Assembly (NCBI GenBank): GCA_040954595.2
Contig: CM082596.2
Coordinates: 591,468-655,467, forward strand
DNA: 64,000 nucleotides
Source of the DNA: Balanoglossus misakiensis
Taxonomy: Eukaryota; Animalia; Hemichordata
Direction: 5' to 3'
Shown here: one piece after another, positions 1 through 27,017 of the stretch
How positions within the stretch are numbered: position 1 is the stretch's first letter
Layout of the letters: each line of letters starts with the position of its first letter
Made by a program: the position numbers and the translations under genes
The notes under the pieces: generated by a model
Database searches by the model: none
The model's input: only the letters and a program-made list of their open reading frames with translations
Told to the model about the DNA's origin: nothing

Positions 1-99
1 AATGATGGGACACTTTGTTATGTGAGATGGTCAACCCAGACAGTGATGTTAATGATGATGGCAACGATGATAAATAAATGGCAATGGAAAGGGTTTTAC

Positions 100-7038
<6,939 letters not shown>

Positions 7039-10000
7039 CTTGGAAAATGTGTGGAATACAGATCGGAAAATTGAGATCATGTGACAGTCATGAGACCTGA
7101 TGCTTGAGTCATGATTGGCCAGACATTTACAACAGTGAATCAACATGTTGAATTTAGTGTCTTGTATTTCTGTAATGTCGTCGAAGAGTGATGAATTATT
7201 TATATTGAGACCAAATTAACTTCCCTTCGTCAAATCCCTTTTCATGATTCTGTAATGTGTCTTTCAATTACTGGTTCTACTTATAAAACTTCCCAAATAT
7301 AATAAATCTCATTAGTTGGTCCAAGGAGGCTGATATGGTTGATACTCTGAGTGTCCAATTTTAACCGTCTTTTTGTCGTGTAATTGCACTCTCCACATCA
7401 CATTAGGGTCAGCAAATAAAACTGCATTATTTACCCAAATATAAACAGAATGATGGAATAATTTTTGTAATGATAAATATGCTACAACCCAACTGAACAG
7501 ACACGTACATTACTTAGAATGAAAAGTTTGAATTTTTGATGAGAATGGGCCAACTGAAAGAATTATTCATTAATAAATAATGAGCATTTCCTATTTATAG
7601 CAGAGTAATAATATGTACTTTAATTCCAACCCTCATATTAATGAGCTTTGTGTCCTTCACATACAAAACTCTCCAATGACCTCCACAGAAATTCAATGGC
7701 AAATTAAGACACTGAATAATTCTATTTCTTTGCGAGATAAACAAATTCACTCTGTTATTGACTATTATGCGCTAATTCGCACTACCATGATAATTCATAA
7801 TACTAGTGGTAAATTGCTTACCTAATTTCTTTTTAGCATTTGTGGCAAATTATTATGAAACCTCATCAACACAGCAACACACTGCTGATATGGTAGATTA
7901 CAGCCTGAATGTCCAAATAATTCGATCATTTCTCCTTCATATTGATTCATAACTCCTAAAACATGACCCTTTCAATATTCATGGATTCAAGATTAGCTTT
8001 TATTGCTTACAGATATTAATAGACATATTTAGTATAATTAGTTTTGTCACCATGGAAACATTACTACTACGCAATCAAATAATCTTCCAATATTACAATG
8101 ATAATACCACTATAATTATGTTTCGATATCACTTCATCAGGATATTTTGCCAATAAATGAAATCAAATGAACCAGCAACTAAATCATATGTAGCAGAGTA
8201 ACATGATAGATAATTTTTCATGTATAGTTATCAAAATCATTTTTAATTTAATGAGACTTCAATGGGCGCGGCAGGCAAAGCAATTCACTCATTTACAATT
8301 GTTAGATGATCAAATTTGTGACTATGACTAACAACACGAGTGTTTTGAAGAGACAATTTGCCTCTTTATGATTCTAATTTCCATCTAGAAAAAATTGTTA
8401 CAGAGCTGAGATGTGACAAAAGCATGGAGTTCATTTGTTAAGCAATCAGCAGATCTTGCCGATCCTTAACAGTGAGAAGAAACCGTTTCTGAAGATTTGA
8501 GTGAAGTGGCTGCACAATGAGATTACCATGACAACGTACATTACGTATATGCTCATCGATCCTTCAGGCTTGCCATTTCTGTCACATCAGATTTCAACAA
8601 TACATTGTCATCATTCACAAGGATGTGTTTTCAAACCTAAACCTCTCTAACTATGAAACTCCTTATCCACAGAGCTATAAAGCATTTTTCAGCTTCACTC
8701 TGAAATGATGATAGATTGTATACTCTATAATGGAGCAATACACATTCAGGAAATATTACAAGTGCTTAGCTACATATCAGGAAATGTCTTGGTTTACGAC
8801 GACCATTACAATTCTTCTGACATGAACAGCACAAAACAAACTCACAACTGACCTATTTACTACAAAATCTATGAACATTGTAAATTCCAACAAGTTCAAA
8901 GATCATCCCCCTCCTTCTTTTCAAAAAAGCCTCTAACTAGACTGTCATTTATTTGACTTTTGCCCCAAAGACTTCAGTACCATTGTTAGCTCTGAAAAGA
9001 TATAAGTACAATGTAGAGTGTATCTGTATTCGCCTAGCAAACCATATCACAACCAACTAACCAACCAAACAATGCAAGTTATTATGCACAGCACAGCATT
9101 CAAGACACACCATCTGAGAACACACCTATAGCATATATTACATGCTGACTATAGGTGAAAAGACTTTAATGAAATACAATTCAGATATAGTCTGAGCAGT
9201 ATGTCTACTAACTTTGAAAAAAATGGTCTAAGTGTGTCTTGGACTCTGTTACATTTTTTCTGGGGTTGTAGTGGTTGTTCAAAATGCAATGTCATCTATC
9301 ATATTCTTTGCAGTCTAGTATGTATACCCTCTGACCATCTATAAAGTACACCTGCATACTAATTTTGTCAACACCCATCGCTTGTGACCCAGCTGTGGCC
9401 ATCACAGCCTTCAATACTAAACCTTATCACTCTAAGGTATGTACCTTCACAACAATGGTATCTACACAGTCTAATTAGTTAAACTATTACATGTCTGGTC
9501 AAATTCCAAGAATCAATAGATATTCCAGTTCAACTGGTCCTAGTGCACAGCCAACTGTGTTCTGCACATTAACAAGATTGGACCACTGACCATTCTGTCA
9601 TGTTACAGCACTACAAAATACACTAGATGCACAACCATCATGGATGCCTGGATACAAGTTCATCGATCTGTAACTAAGTACAATCAGTGGTTTTGTCAAG
9701 GCCACATTACGCTGGTAAATTTTGGGGGATTTCCCATAATTTCCCCCAAATAAAATCCAATGTTCAACTTCAAAGATTATTCTTTGCCCTTAATAATCTA
9801 CCAGGAGTGACATTGCCATGGTTACATGTCCATAATACCTCTGCCTGACCTCCCAATTCTCATCTAAATTACAAGACCCCACCTAACAACAACACAAACC
9901 ACACCTTGGACTCTACACCATCAATCCAACCAACGCCCTTGTGCAAATTCACCTCTCTTCATTATCTTAAAAACAACTCTACAAAGTTTGAATATTACAA

Positions 10001-10479
10001 AGAATTATGAGATGAAAAGTTTATGAAATATTTCCATGTAACCAAGCACTGAGATGTCATGTGGTCTGTTTTATCATCATCCATTGATTTATGTTAGGTT
10101 CGTGTAGAAACTTATATCTATCTTTATGTCAAATAACTGAGTTATTTATATGTTTAAAGGGAGACAGGTATTCCATATTCAATCTAATATTTTCAACTTT
10201 CACAAAATAAGCATGATTTATTGCTTTTATATCTCGTGTCAACTGGAAAATATTTCTAAATTCCTTGTTGTATACCCCAATGTAATTTCATTTGCAGTAA
10301 AGTGAAAATTATGTGGTTTCCATCAATGCTACATTGCCATCTCTGATAGGCAAATAAATATGCTTCTTCTGCAATATTATCAATTTAATATTTATGCAAC
10401 ACTTTCAGTTTATCTGTTGTTCATGAAACAAACTTTACATAGAACATATTTTGAAAGGAAAAGAAAAACAATTTATATC

Positions 10480-11830
10480 ATTCACGTACGCGAAGAAAGG
10501 AACGAAATGTATAACCACGGTCCCTAATGGGAGGGACTTCTGGTATTACGCACTGGAAGACGCGCACGCGCGCGCTCTAGACAGGACGCACCGACCACAC
10601 CCACTTTGCTAACACGATTGTACAACGCCCTAAATGTGTATGTTGCAATGTCAACAATAGTCCATATAAACACTATCCATTACGCAAACAATACACCCCC
10701 ATTTTGAATTGACTGTCACCAAACACGGAAATCGAAAGACAGAACATAAAGCTCGGTGATTTTTTTTTTCAGTTTGGTCTGCGATAGCACGGTCACTCGT
10801 GGGGACAATTAACGCTACGAACGTTCATGTGGGGGGGGGGGGGGGGGTCGGACATCCCATTTGCATGATAATAACAAGTTTTTCGCAACTCAGGGAATGC
10901 GGCCCGTGTCCTTATGAGGCTGACCCAAATTGAACTCTCCAAATAAGAATATAACGGGATATACCTTGGCTCTGACGAGTTCCTTCAATAAACTGCTCAC
11001 ACCTTCTTAACGCGTCGCTGAGTTTGCGATTAAAGCGCATCGGCGTTAAAACGGACAGGAAAATAAACAGTGAACAGTATATGCTACAGCTTGTAAATTT
11101 ACTCACCTCGAAAGGGACGATACGGGATCTTCTCAGGGTCCGGCCGCCACCGATTTAGTAGCTGATAACTTGATCGATAATAAGCGTCTGCGTTTTAACA
11201 GCTGATCACTCGTACCATCTCTCGGGAAAAATATTTACAGTGATATACAGAGATGACAAAATGAAAACTACGACCCGAGTTACTGGTATATATTAACAGG
11301 TTGTTTGAAATACGCATTAACACAGCGCAACAATAGACTGAGCGACCCTAGGCCGAGTTCGATATCAAAACCTACACTGGAGCCGGTGCGGTGGTTGTCG
11401 CACTCTTCTCTTGCCGGCCAAATTGTTAACGACGTCTCTACGCGGAAGCTGACGAAAGCTAGATCAAGTATCGACTGTCAGAAAACTCTACTGCGTAATT
11501 GGTGGCACGTGGAAAGTCGCTAGTCGATTACATTCTCGTCACGATATCGTAGAAGTATCTGCAGCCATGTCACATTTCAAGCACGCAATTGACATATACA
11601 TAATCCGGGAGACTCCGCGAAGCGTCCATGAAATGTACGAGGGCGCTTCCTTCTGATATCGCGAACATGCGACCAACAAAGTTACATTTAACCTTAGGAA
11701 AAGTGAAATGAAAGGCGCAAGTTGAGCGGATAATGTCCCGAATAAGCGGCTAATCTCTCCAATAAACGTATAATCTCTAGAATAATGTTGAGTCGTACTT
11801 GCGTGCGTGTCAATCCGGAGAGCGCGTCAC
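10480..11830. promoter_or_regulatory. CpG-rich region, likely the myosin III promoter and non-coding first exon
   Basis: CpG density is visibly higher than in the flanking gene bodies; cgcgcacgcgcgcgc at 10561; poly-G at about 10830-10847; minus-strand donor GAG|GTGAGT at about 11106. The link to MYO3 is inferred. Confidence 0.5.
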
Positions 11831-11989
11831 TTAATTCTCAACAGATTATAAACGTTAATTCTAATATCATGGATTATCCCATTGAATCACACCTGAGTGA
11901 AACGGGGAAAATGCAGGACATTGTGACACAAATTATGAGAGTTGTTATTTGGAGTAAGAGCTTGAAGCTGGTCCAACTTTGGTGCCTTG

Positions 11990-12350
11990 TTTAGTTGTAT
12001 AACTTTTCTCTTTTGTCTTAATAAACTTTTTCTCCTAAATACTTCTAGCACCAATTCCCCTAACACCTCAGCTAACATGATATAGAATGATTTCCATGCC
12101 TAATATCAGAGAATGGGGAATAAGTCACAAGAACGCAGTGCAATTGGAATGCTGAATGATTGCTTTGTTTTGGATAATCTTTCCTGATTTGGAAATTTAA
12201 ATGCCTGGACTCAATAAATAAGGATGAGATCAAGAAAAAACTTGATCAGAAGATTAGTAATCTGGGAGCACAAATGTGTAAAATAGTTGGGAATCTCTTT
12301 CAAAGGGAACAATTTTTGTGCACAGATCATAAGTAAACATTATACTTTAT
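11990..12350. mobile_element. Decayed L1/Tx1-like LINE reverse-transcriptase fragment, possibly with an inverted 5' part
   Basis: Plus strand gives FG..GL.INKD and WEHKCVK*LGISF (VKYLGI-like). Minus strand gives IRHG..FYIMLAEVLGE..KVIQ (RQG/AEVL-like). Stops and frameshifts are present. Confidence 0.4.
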
Positions 12351-12556
12351 CCATTAAAACATGCTAGCTCAAAATAATCTCGACTACATGTTTCACATTT
12401 GAAGATATTGATCACTCTCATTGCACAATTCAGGATTTCAAAAATCCAACACACATGGTGCATCTTTATTCAGTATTTGAATTCTACACATTTATTCTTC
12501 TTCTGATGTCAAGTTAACAATAGAGGATGCACAGTGCTAGCTGCAGATGCAGTTAA

Positions 12557-13166
12557 AGGGGAAATCCGCTGTAGCTGATTTCTACATAATTTGGTAGCTT
12601 TGATGTCACTCTTTCAGAAAAAAACATATTCGCCATGTATAGGTCGCGCGATTTTTTTACAAAATCTAGAGAAAGTTCCAATATGGCGTTTACTGTAATT
12701 TGAATCATGGGAAAAAAAGCGCCAGGACCAACTTCCGCCCACCTTAGTGTGGGTGATACCATTTTCCGATTGGTGTCACTGCGTCACAAGCTAAGCGTAT
12801 TTGCATATTTTCGATGGGTTATAGCTCATGAAAACTGTCAATAGATGACAAATTTTCGACTTTGCTGATGATTGCTTATCAACTGATGCAAAGAACAAAC
12901 AATAGCTATGAAAATACGCCTAGTCTGTCGCCCAGTGACACCTATCGGAGAATGGTATCACCCACACCATGGTGGGCGGAAGTTGGTCCTGGCGCTTTTT
13001 TTCCCATGATTCAAATTACAGTAAACGCCATATTGGAAATTCTGCCAACTTTCCCTAGATTTTGTAAAAAATCGCGCGACCTATACATGGCGAATATGTT
13101 TTTTTCTGAAAGAGTGACATCAAAGCTACCAAATTATGTAGAAATCAGCTACAACGGATTTCCCCT
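12557..13166. mobile_element. 610-bp non-autonomous DNA transposon (MITE), Kolobok-like
   Basis: Inverted arms of more than 200 bp, termini AGGGG...CCCCT, flanked by TTAA at 12553-12556 and 13167-13170. A TTAA target duplication with RR termini is characteristic of Kolobok. Confidence 0.9.
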
Positions 13167-13591
13167 TTAAAATACCACAAACACATACTTGTCTTGTGAA
13201 AATCAAATTTTATTGTAATTAATCAAAGTAATTACCACTTAAAATGGAATGATTCGCAATGATTGACATGTACATATATCATGTTTCTGTGAAATGCTTT
13301 GCATTACAAAGGGCAGGGAGTCACTGATCTCTGTGCTGATCACATGACCCTGAAAGGTCAAAGGTAAACACAGCCAGCATGAAAATGTCATTACTCAGGC
13401 AATTTTCTTTTAAACATGCGTTTACTACAAATGTATGTCTAACATGCAGTAAATAAAAAGATTTAATAACACAATGCATGCACTTGAATTAAGATATAAA
13501 CAGGAACTGATACTTTCTTCTAGATTTCTTGACAACACAGAAAAGTTGCAAGTGTGAAAAATAAAACTTGCTGTTTAGATCAACTCCATAC

Positions 13592-13665
13592 TTCATGCAA
13601 ACAGAAATAATTTTATAATTCATGCAAACAGAAATAAACTTATAATTCATGCAAACAGAAATAAT
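13592..13665. repeat. 27-bp tandem repeat, about 2.7 copies, in the ULK4 3' UTR region
   Basis: ttcatgcaaacagaaataa recurs at 13592, 13619 and 13646. Confidence 0.9.
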
Positions 13666-13863
13666 CTTGACACATGCATAAGTAGTCTGCCATATCAGAT
13701 GCAACAATGATGATAGTAACATAAAAATAGAAAATAATATAGTTTATCAAAATTTACATAGCATGCAAATAGGACACAGATATATATTTGTTATCCTATA
13801 ATAAATTTCTAATAGTTCACAAACAAACTGTGAAAATATACAACAAAGCTGGCAATTGCTCTC

Positions 13864-21974
<8,111 letters not shown>

Positions 21975-22454
21975 CTATATTTCGACCTGTCAATGAGAGA
22001 ACATTGCTGATATTGGCATCATAACTTCAGTACATGTATAAGTGATAGATCAGGATTGCAAACCAACAACTACAACAACAACAACAGCAACAAACAAACA
22101 ATGCAACACCCACTGAATGATGCTCATTTACTAATATTCCCTAACCCTAGCGAGACAATGAATCTCCATAAGGGATGCTTTGAGGGAAGGTTTGGTCAAA
22201 CATGCTTGGCTAGCGAAGAAAGCTGTTTTTGACCAAGTCTCCCAGCTACATCATGTACATGTCATGCCAATTTCTATTGCTAATAACAGTATCCTATCCT
22301 AGGCCCACCTTCCATACTCGGAATCATCTCATTCCCACTTCCATCTCGACACGAGAACAAACTTAACTATCTAATTCCTACTGAAATTTACGAAACTGCT
22401 GTCAGCAATTCACGACGATCCACTCTTCAGGACAAAACGTGTGCATCAGATCTT

Positions 22455-22510
22455 CTTACCTGTCAAACTACTGCAAGCTCCACCGCCATTTTGATTGTTT
22501 ACATCCAACT
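22455..22510 (-). promoter_or_regulatory. Probable ULK4 non-coding first exon and core promoter
   Basis: Minus-strand donor CAG|GTAAG at about 22460; YY1-type AAAATGGCGG at about 22483-22492; forkhead-type TTGTTTACA at about 22495. Confidence 0.5.
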
Positions 22511-22825
22511 GCCACCGAAATGGGGCCTGTTTTTCAGTGCAGAGGGCTCTTACTTTAGTATTTATGTTATACACGTTGATAAATGATGTATCCAATGTCC
22601 GAATAGCACGGTATAGCTTGACTGTTTTTCTTAATTTTGTAAGAGGCAGCAAATGTTTCGGTCCTCATCCCGAACAAGACGATGCTTGTTCAACCTGCTT
22701 TGACATGCAACAGTGGAGGAAACTAACGGAAAACAAACAGACGAATAACTCGGAGCCAATTTGCCTCTCCAGAGGGCGCCATCAATGACCTTTGGCTTTT
22801 CAGAGACGCGGTCAAGGTCATGGGA

Positions 22826-23142
22826 GTGTATGAGTTAGAATCCATGAAAATGACATGAAAAAATGACAATAATTCACACAAAGTCAAGAATTGGCCATTT
22901 TTTGAAAGTGTATGAGTATAAATCCATGTATATGACATGAAAATGCTGAAAGTGACCAAAATTCACAGTCAAGAATTTGTCAGTATGGACTGTGTTCAAG
23001 TATGAATCCATGCTTATGATATTAAAATGCTGAAGGAGACAAAAATCACAAAGTCAAGAATCTGTCATTTTTGGTAGTGTATGAGTTAGAATCCCAGCAT
23101 ATGACAAGAAAAATGCTGAAGGTGACCAAAATTCACAAAGTT
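22826..23142. repeat. Degenerate minisatellite, about 83-bp unit x4
   Basis: gtgtatgagt..aatcc..atgac..aaaatgctgaa..aaaattcacaaagtcaagaat recurs at about 22826, 22908, 22992 and 23077. Confidence 0.85.
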
Positions 23143-24662
23143 ATAAGAACACATGATTGGTGTTAGCCAGCTCAATCGGCGGTCGAATACAACTGTACCT
23201 TGCATACAAGTGCTGCTGTGAGTGTGCACGTCTGTGATAGGCTAATACTGTACTATGTTTGTATGAGTTAAATAAACACCTATACAAATGATTGACATAT
23301 TAATCAGAATTGGCCGATTGTAGTATTTAGAGCAGCTGATCACTAACAGCCCAACAACGTTGAGATCACTGAAATGAGGACACAATTATTTGATATTACA
23401 GCAATTACGAGGAATACCAGATAGGATTAGCGAGATGAAAAAAATGAAAACAAGACAGTGTTGATCAGAAGCAATTCCATGCAACCATGGTAACAGTGAC
23501 GGGGAGTTCTAGTGCAGCTGAAGTAAGTTAACCTTGACGTCTTTGTAACATTTCTGCACAGGGCTGGAGTGAGAAATACGTGAGACAAAAATGAAGCCAC
23601 AGTCATTCTGTGCACCAACAGTGGTCAAGTATAACATGGATACTTGCCAATTGTGAGTATTACTAAATTTCAACTGTTTGGAGTGTTTACATTTCATGAT
23701 TTTGAGTCAGAATGGGAACAACCTGCAGTTGGAGCAAGATGACTGTACTCAACATACCGGTGCAGCGCAGTAATATTTTGTTAAAAATCATAGCGTACGT
23801 AACATACTACCTCATGAAGAGTTTGAATTAGTTTGAATGGTTTACTGCTGCAAATTAGTCCTTGTTGAAACTCGTGTTTCTATAGTTACACTGGTAACAC
23901 AGCACACTACACCCCAATATGAAAATATCAAATAGTTAATCATTACACTCGCAGTATGTATGACCCATACGGTACTCTGTCATCAGTTACTGATCGAGCG
24001 CTGACCGCCTTATATGGATAAACATCCAACATGACAACGTAGATATTTAGATAGAAGCAGTGCAAACTCGTGAACTCTGTTTTTCTGTTTAGTTCCGTCC
24101 TCTGATGAAAGAATTTAATGTTTAAAACTTTAACTAAAAGCAAAATACCTTAAGGCATTGAAGTGTGCCAATTGACATATTAATACAAGTTCCTGTGTTT
24201 ATTATTTTGTGAGCACCAACAAATTCTTCATGATAGATCTATTTTCGGGTTTGACTTCATGCAATTGATAGATACGGAAACAGATCAATCTTTTCAACTG
24301 TATGTACAAAGACAAGCTCAACTGACAATCAAGGATAAAAATATCTTCCTATGTAATAGGAAAATCTAGGTAGAATCACTGAGTGATAGCAACAAGCAAT
24401 TTAAAGCAAAAGACTCTTAAGAATTGACATTTTGGAGGTTGACACGAGAAACATTCAGTGACTTTTGTATGATGTGAGTACAACAGTTCTTTTATGAATC
24501 TGCTTTTCTCTTTTAGGGGCAGTTTTAAATCTAACTTTATTTTGATATGGATATATAGATTTGTTCAAATCAATCAAATTTACACAAGCTTAACGTCCAT
24601 ACTGAATCTCTTTCAGACATGATTGGCACTTTCCAAAGAATAATCTAAACTAAATTCTAGTG

Positions 24663-27017
24663 ATGTCGGACGACTATGAAGATGCTACGAGCGAGGAGAC
24701 ACTAAAGCCTCCTGATGCCCTTCTTGAAGGGATGAAACTCATGTCGCTTTCAGGAATATCCAAACTCAATCTGTCAGGAAATTCTCTGAAAGAACTTCCA
24801 AAGGACCTCTCGAACTGTGCTGAGAGACTAGAGGAACTTGACATAAGTAGCAACGATTTACAGCACCTCCCTGTGTCCGTCTGTCAACTAAAGAAACTGA
24901 GGGTTCTTGATGTAGGCAATGCTAACCACAATGGGAACAAGTTACAATCTCTTCCCTTGGGTATTCTTGAATTACAAAATCTTGAAAAGATTGTCCTCAA
25001 CCGAAATGCTTTCGTCAACTTTCCTGGAGAGCTCTGTCATTTGCAGAAGTTGGAGGAGATTCATATGGAAGGAAACAAAGTCAGTATCATCCCAACTGAA
25101 ATCAGGCAACTTCGGCGTTTAAGGAAGTTAAACATTGCAGACAACAAATTTCAACAGCTGCCAGACTCAATCTGTGACCTAGTCTACCTTAGGGAACTCG
25201 ATGTCAGTAGAAACAATCTTGAACGACTACCAAAAGATCTCCGGAAATTGAGGCGGATGCAGGTCTTAAAAATTGGGCATAACATGGGTTTGCGGTTTCC
25301 CTACGAGATCTTGGGGTTGACAAATCTTGAAGTTTTGCACATGAATGACAACAATATCAAAGACCTCCCAGCTGCAATAGGAGACAAACTCTCAAAGTTG
25401 AAGGAGCTTAAAATGGAGAAGAATCAAATATCTGAATTACCTGAGAGTATTTGTAAAATGGGGAATCTGATCAGTTTAAATATATCAAACAACGTGATAA
25501 CTTCTTTGCCACAAGATTTCGGTAATAATCTACCCAGTTTGGAAAATCTCGAAGTCAGCAACAATTACATATCTTATCTTCCAAACTCGCTTTGTAACCT
25601 TTCAAAGCTGTATAAATTTATAGCTGATCGTAACAATATCATCAATCTGCCCAAGGGATTCTTTGTTAAGCTAACCAACTTGACAATCCTATCCTTGAAA
25701 GATAATCCAATACGGTATCCGCCAGCAGAAATCCTCGATATGGATGTAGAGAGCATACGGGCATATGAGATGCAACATCCAGTATCCTCACCCCGTGATC
25801 GTCCCTCGACGTCTCATATCAGACCATCAAGACCATCAATTATTCCAACCCTTCCTGATTGGCTGAAGACTGGTGGCACAAGACATGCCAGACCAAAATC
25901 AGCAATGGCAAGACTGAGGTTGGAACGTGACGCTGAAAAAGAAACGTGGAAATCAAGCACCACAGAGACTTCAATTGAGGAAGGTGATCTAGATGAACAA
26001 GCAGCTGATGGTGATGGTGTAGAGGATTCTTCAGATACAGGAACCAAAGAAGATCCCTTAGCAACATCACCGACAATACCAGTATCTCCAATCTACAAAC
26101 ATGACCAAGTGTATCATATGGACAAGAAGCCCCACGGTCTGGCAGTTATTTTCAGTAATGAACACTTCACCTACAACATCAGACCCACTGGTAATGGCTT
26201 TGCTCAGAGACACGGAACTCAAATTGATATTGGTAAGTCCATTGGCTGTGATTAGATGACTTGCATTTGTTTCATAAGAATGCGCTCTTAAACATTTGCC
26301 CTACAATTAGCAAGATCATTCTTTTCTATATGAACGATTTCTTTTCTCTCTATCTCTTTTTAACCAGATCGACTAACAGAGGTGTTCAACTATCTCAACT
26401 ACAAAGTGCGTGTTCACAAGGATCTTACCTTGAATGAGATGAGGTTTCATCTTGACGACCTCAGGTGTGAGGATCACACAGACCATGATTCCTTCATCTG
26501 TTGCATTCTTTCACACGGAAGACAGGGAAGTATCATCACCAGTGATGGCCAGGAACTCATGATACACCACATAGAGAGAATGTTTTCTGCAGGACCCTGT
26601 CGATCTTTGCGAGGCAAACCAAAGATCTTCATCATTCAAGCTTGTCGGGGTAGATGGCGACAGGCAGGGTATGATATCGATGCAGGAGATGAATTCACAT
26701 CACTACCACCGTATTCAGAACTGCCCTGTCGACCCACGAGTGTTCCAGAAATGGCAGACTTCCTCTTTGGATACGCCACTGTTGAGAATCTTGTCTCCTA
26801 CCGCAGCGCCACAGAAGGGTCCATCTACATAGAGAAGCTGACATCTTGTTTGCATCGGTTAGCTAAATCAAATCACTTACTGGATATTCTAACAGAGGTC
26901 AACAAGGAAGTATCTGATGAAATCATTGGTGAAGCCTGTGGGGATTTAATGGTGGAGTCCAGACAAGTTCCAGCACCAGTCAGCACCTTGCGGGGAAAAG
27001 TTTACTTCAAACCTTGA
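24663..27017 (+). CDS. LRR-caspase fusion protein, 739 aa (exons 24663-26232, 26368-27017)
   Basis: 14 LxxLxLxxNxLxxLP repeats with an NPIRYPP cap, a basic/acidic linker, then a caspase domain: YHMDKKPHGLAVIFSN, RHGTQID, CILSHG, KPKIFIIQACRG, ADFLFGYATV, SYR, GSIYI, QVPAPVSTLRGKVYF. The phase-1 GT-AG intron joins in frame (IDIDRLTEVF). Confidence 0.93.

Noticed and set aside
12553-13170. Two near-identical ORFs on opposite strands (MVSPT...YSGFPL/YNGFPL)
   Set aside because: They are by-products of the MITE's inverted arms and show no transposase features.
22826-23142. Spaced repeats as a possible CRISPR-like array
   Set aside because: The whole unit is homologous between copies, so it is a degenerate minisatellite.
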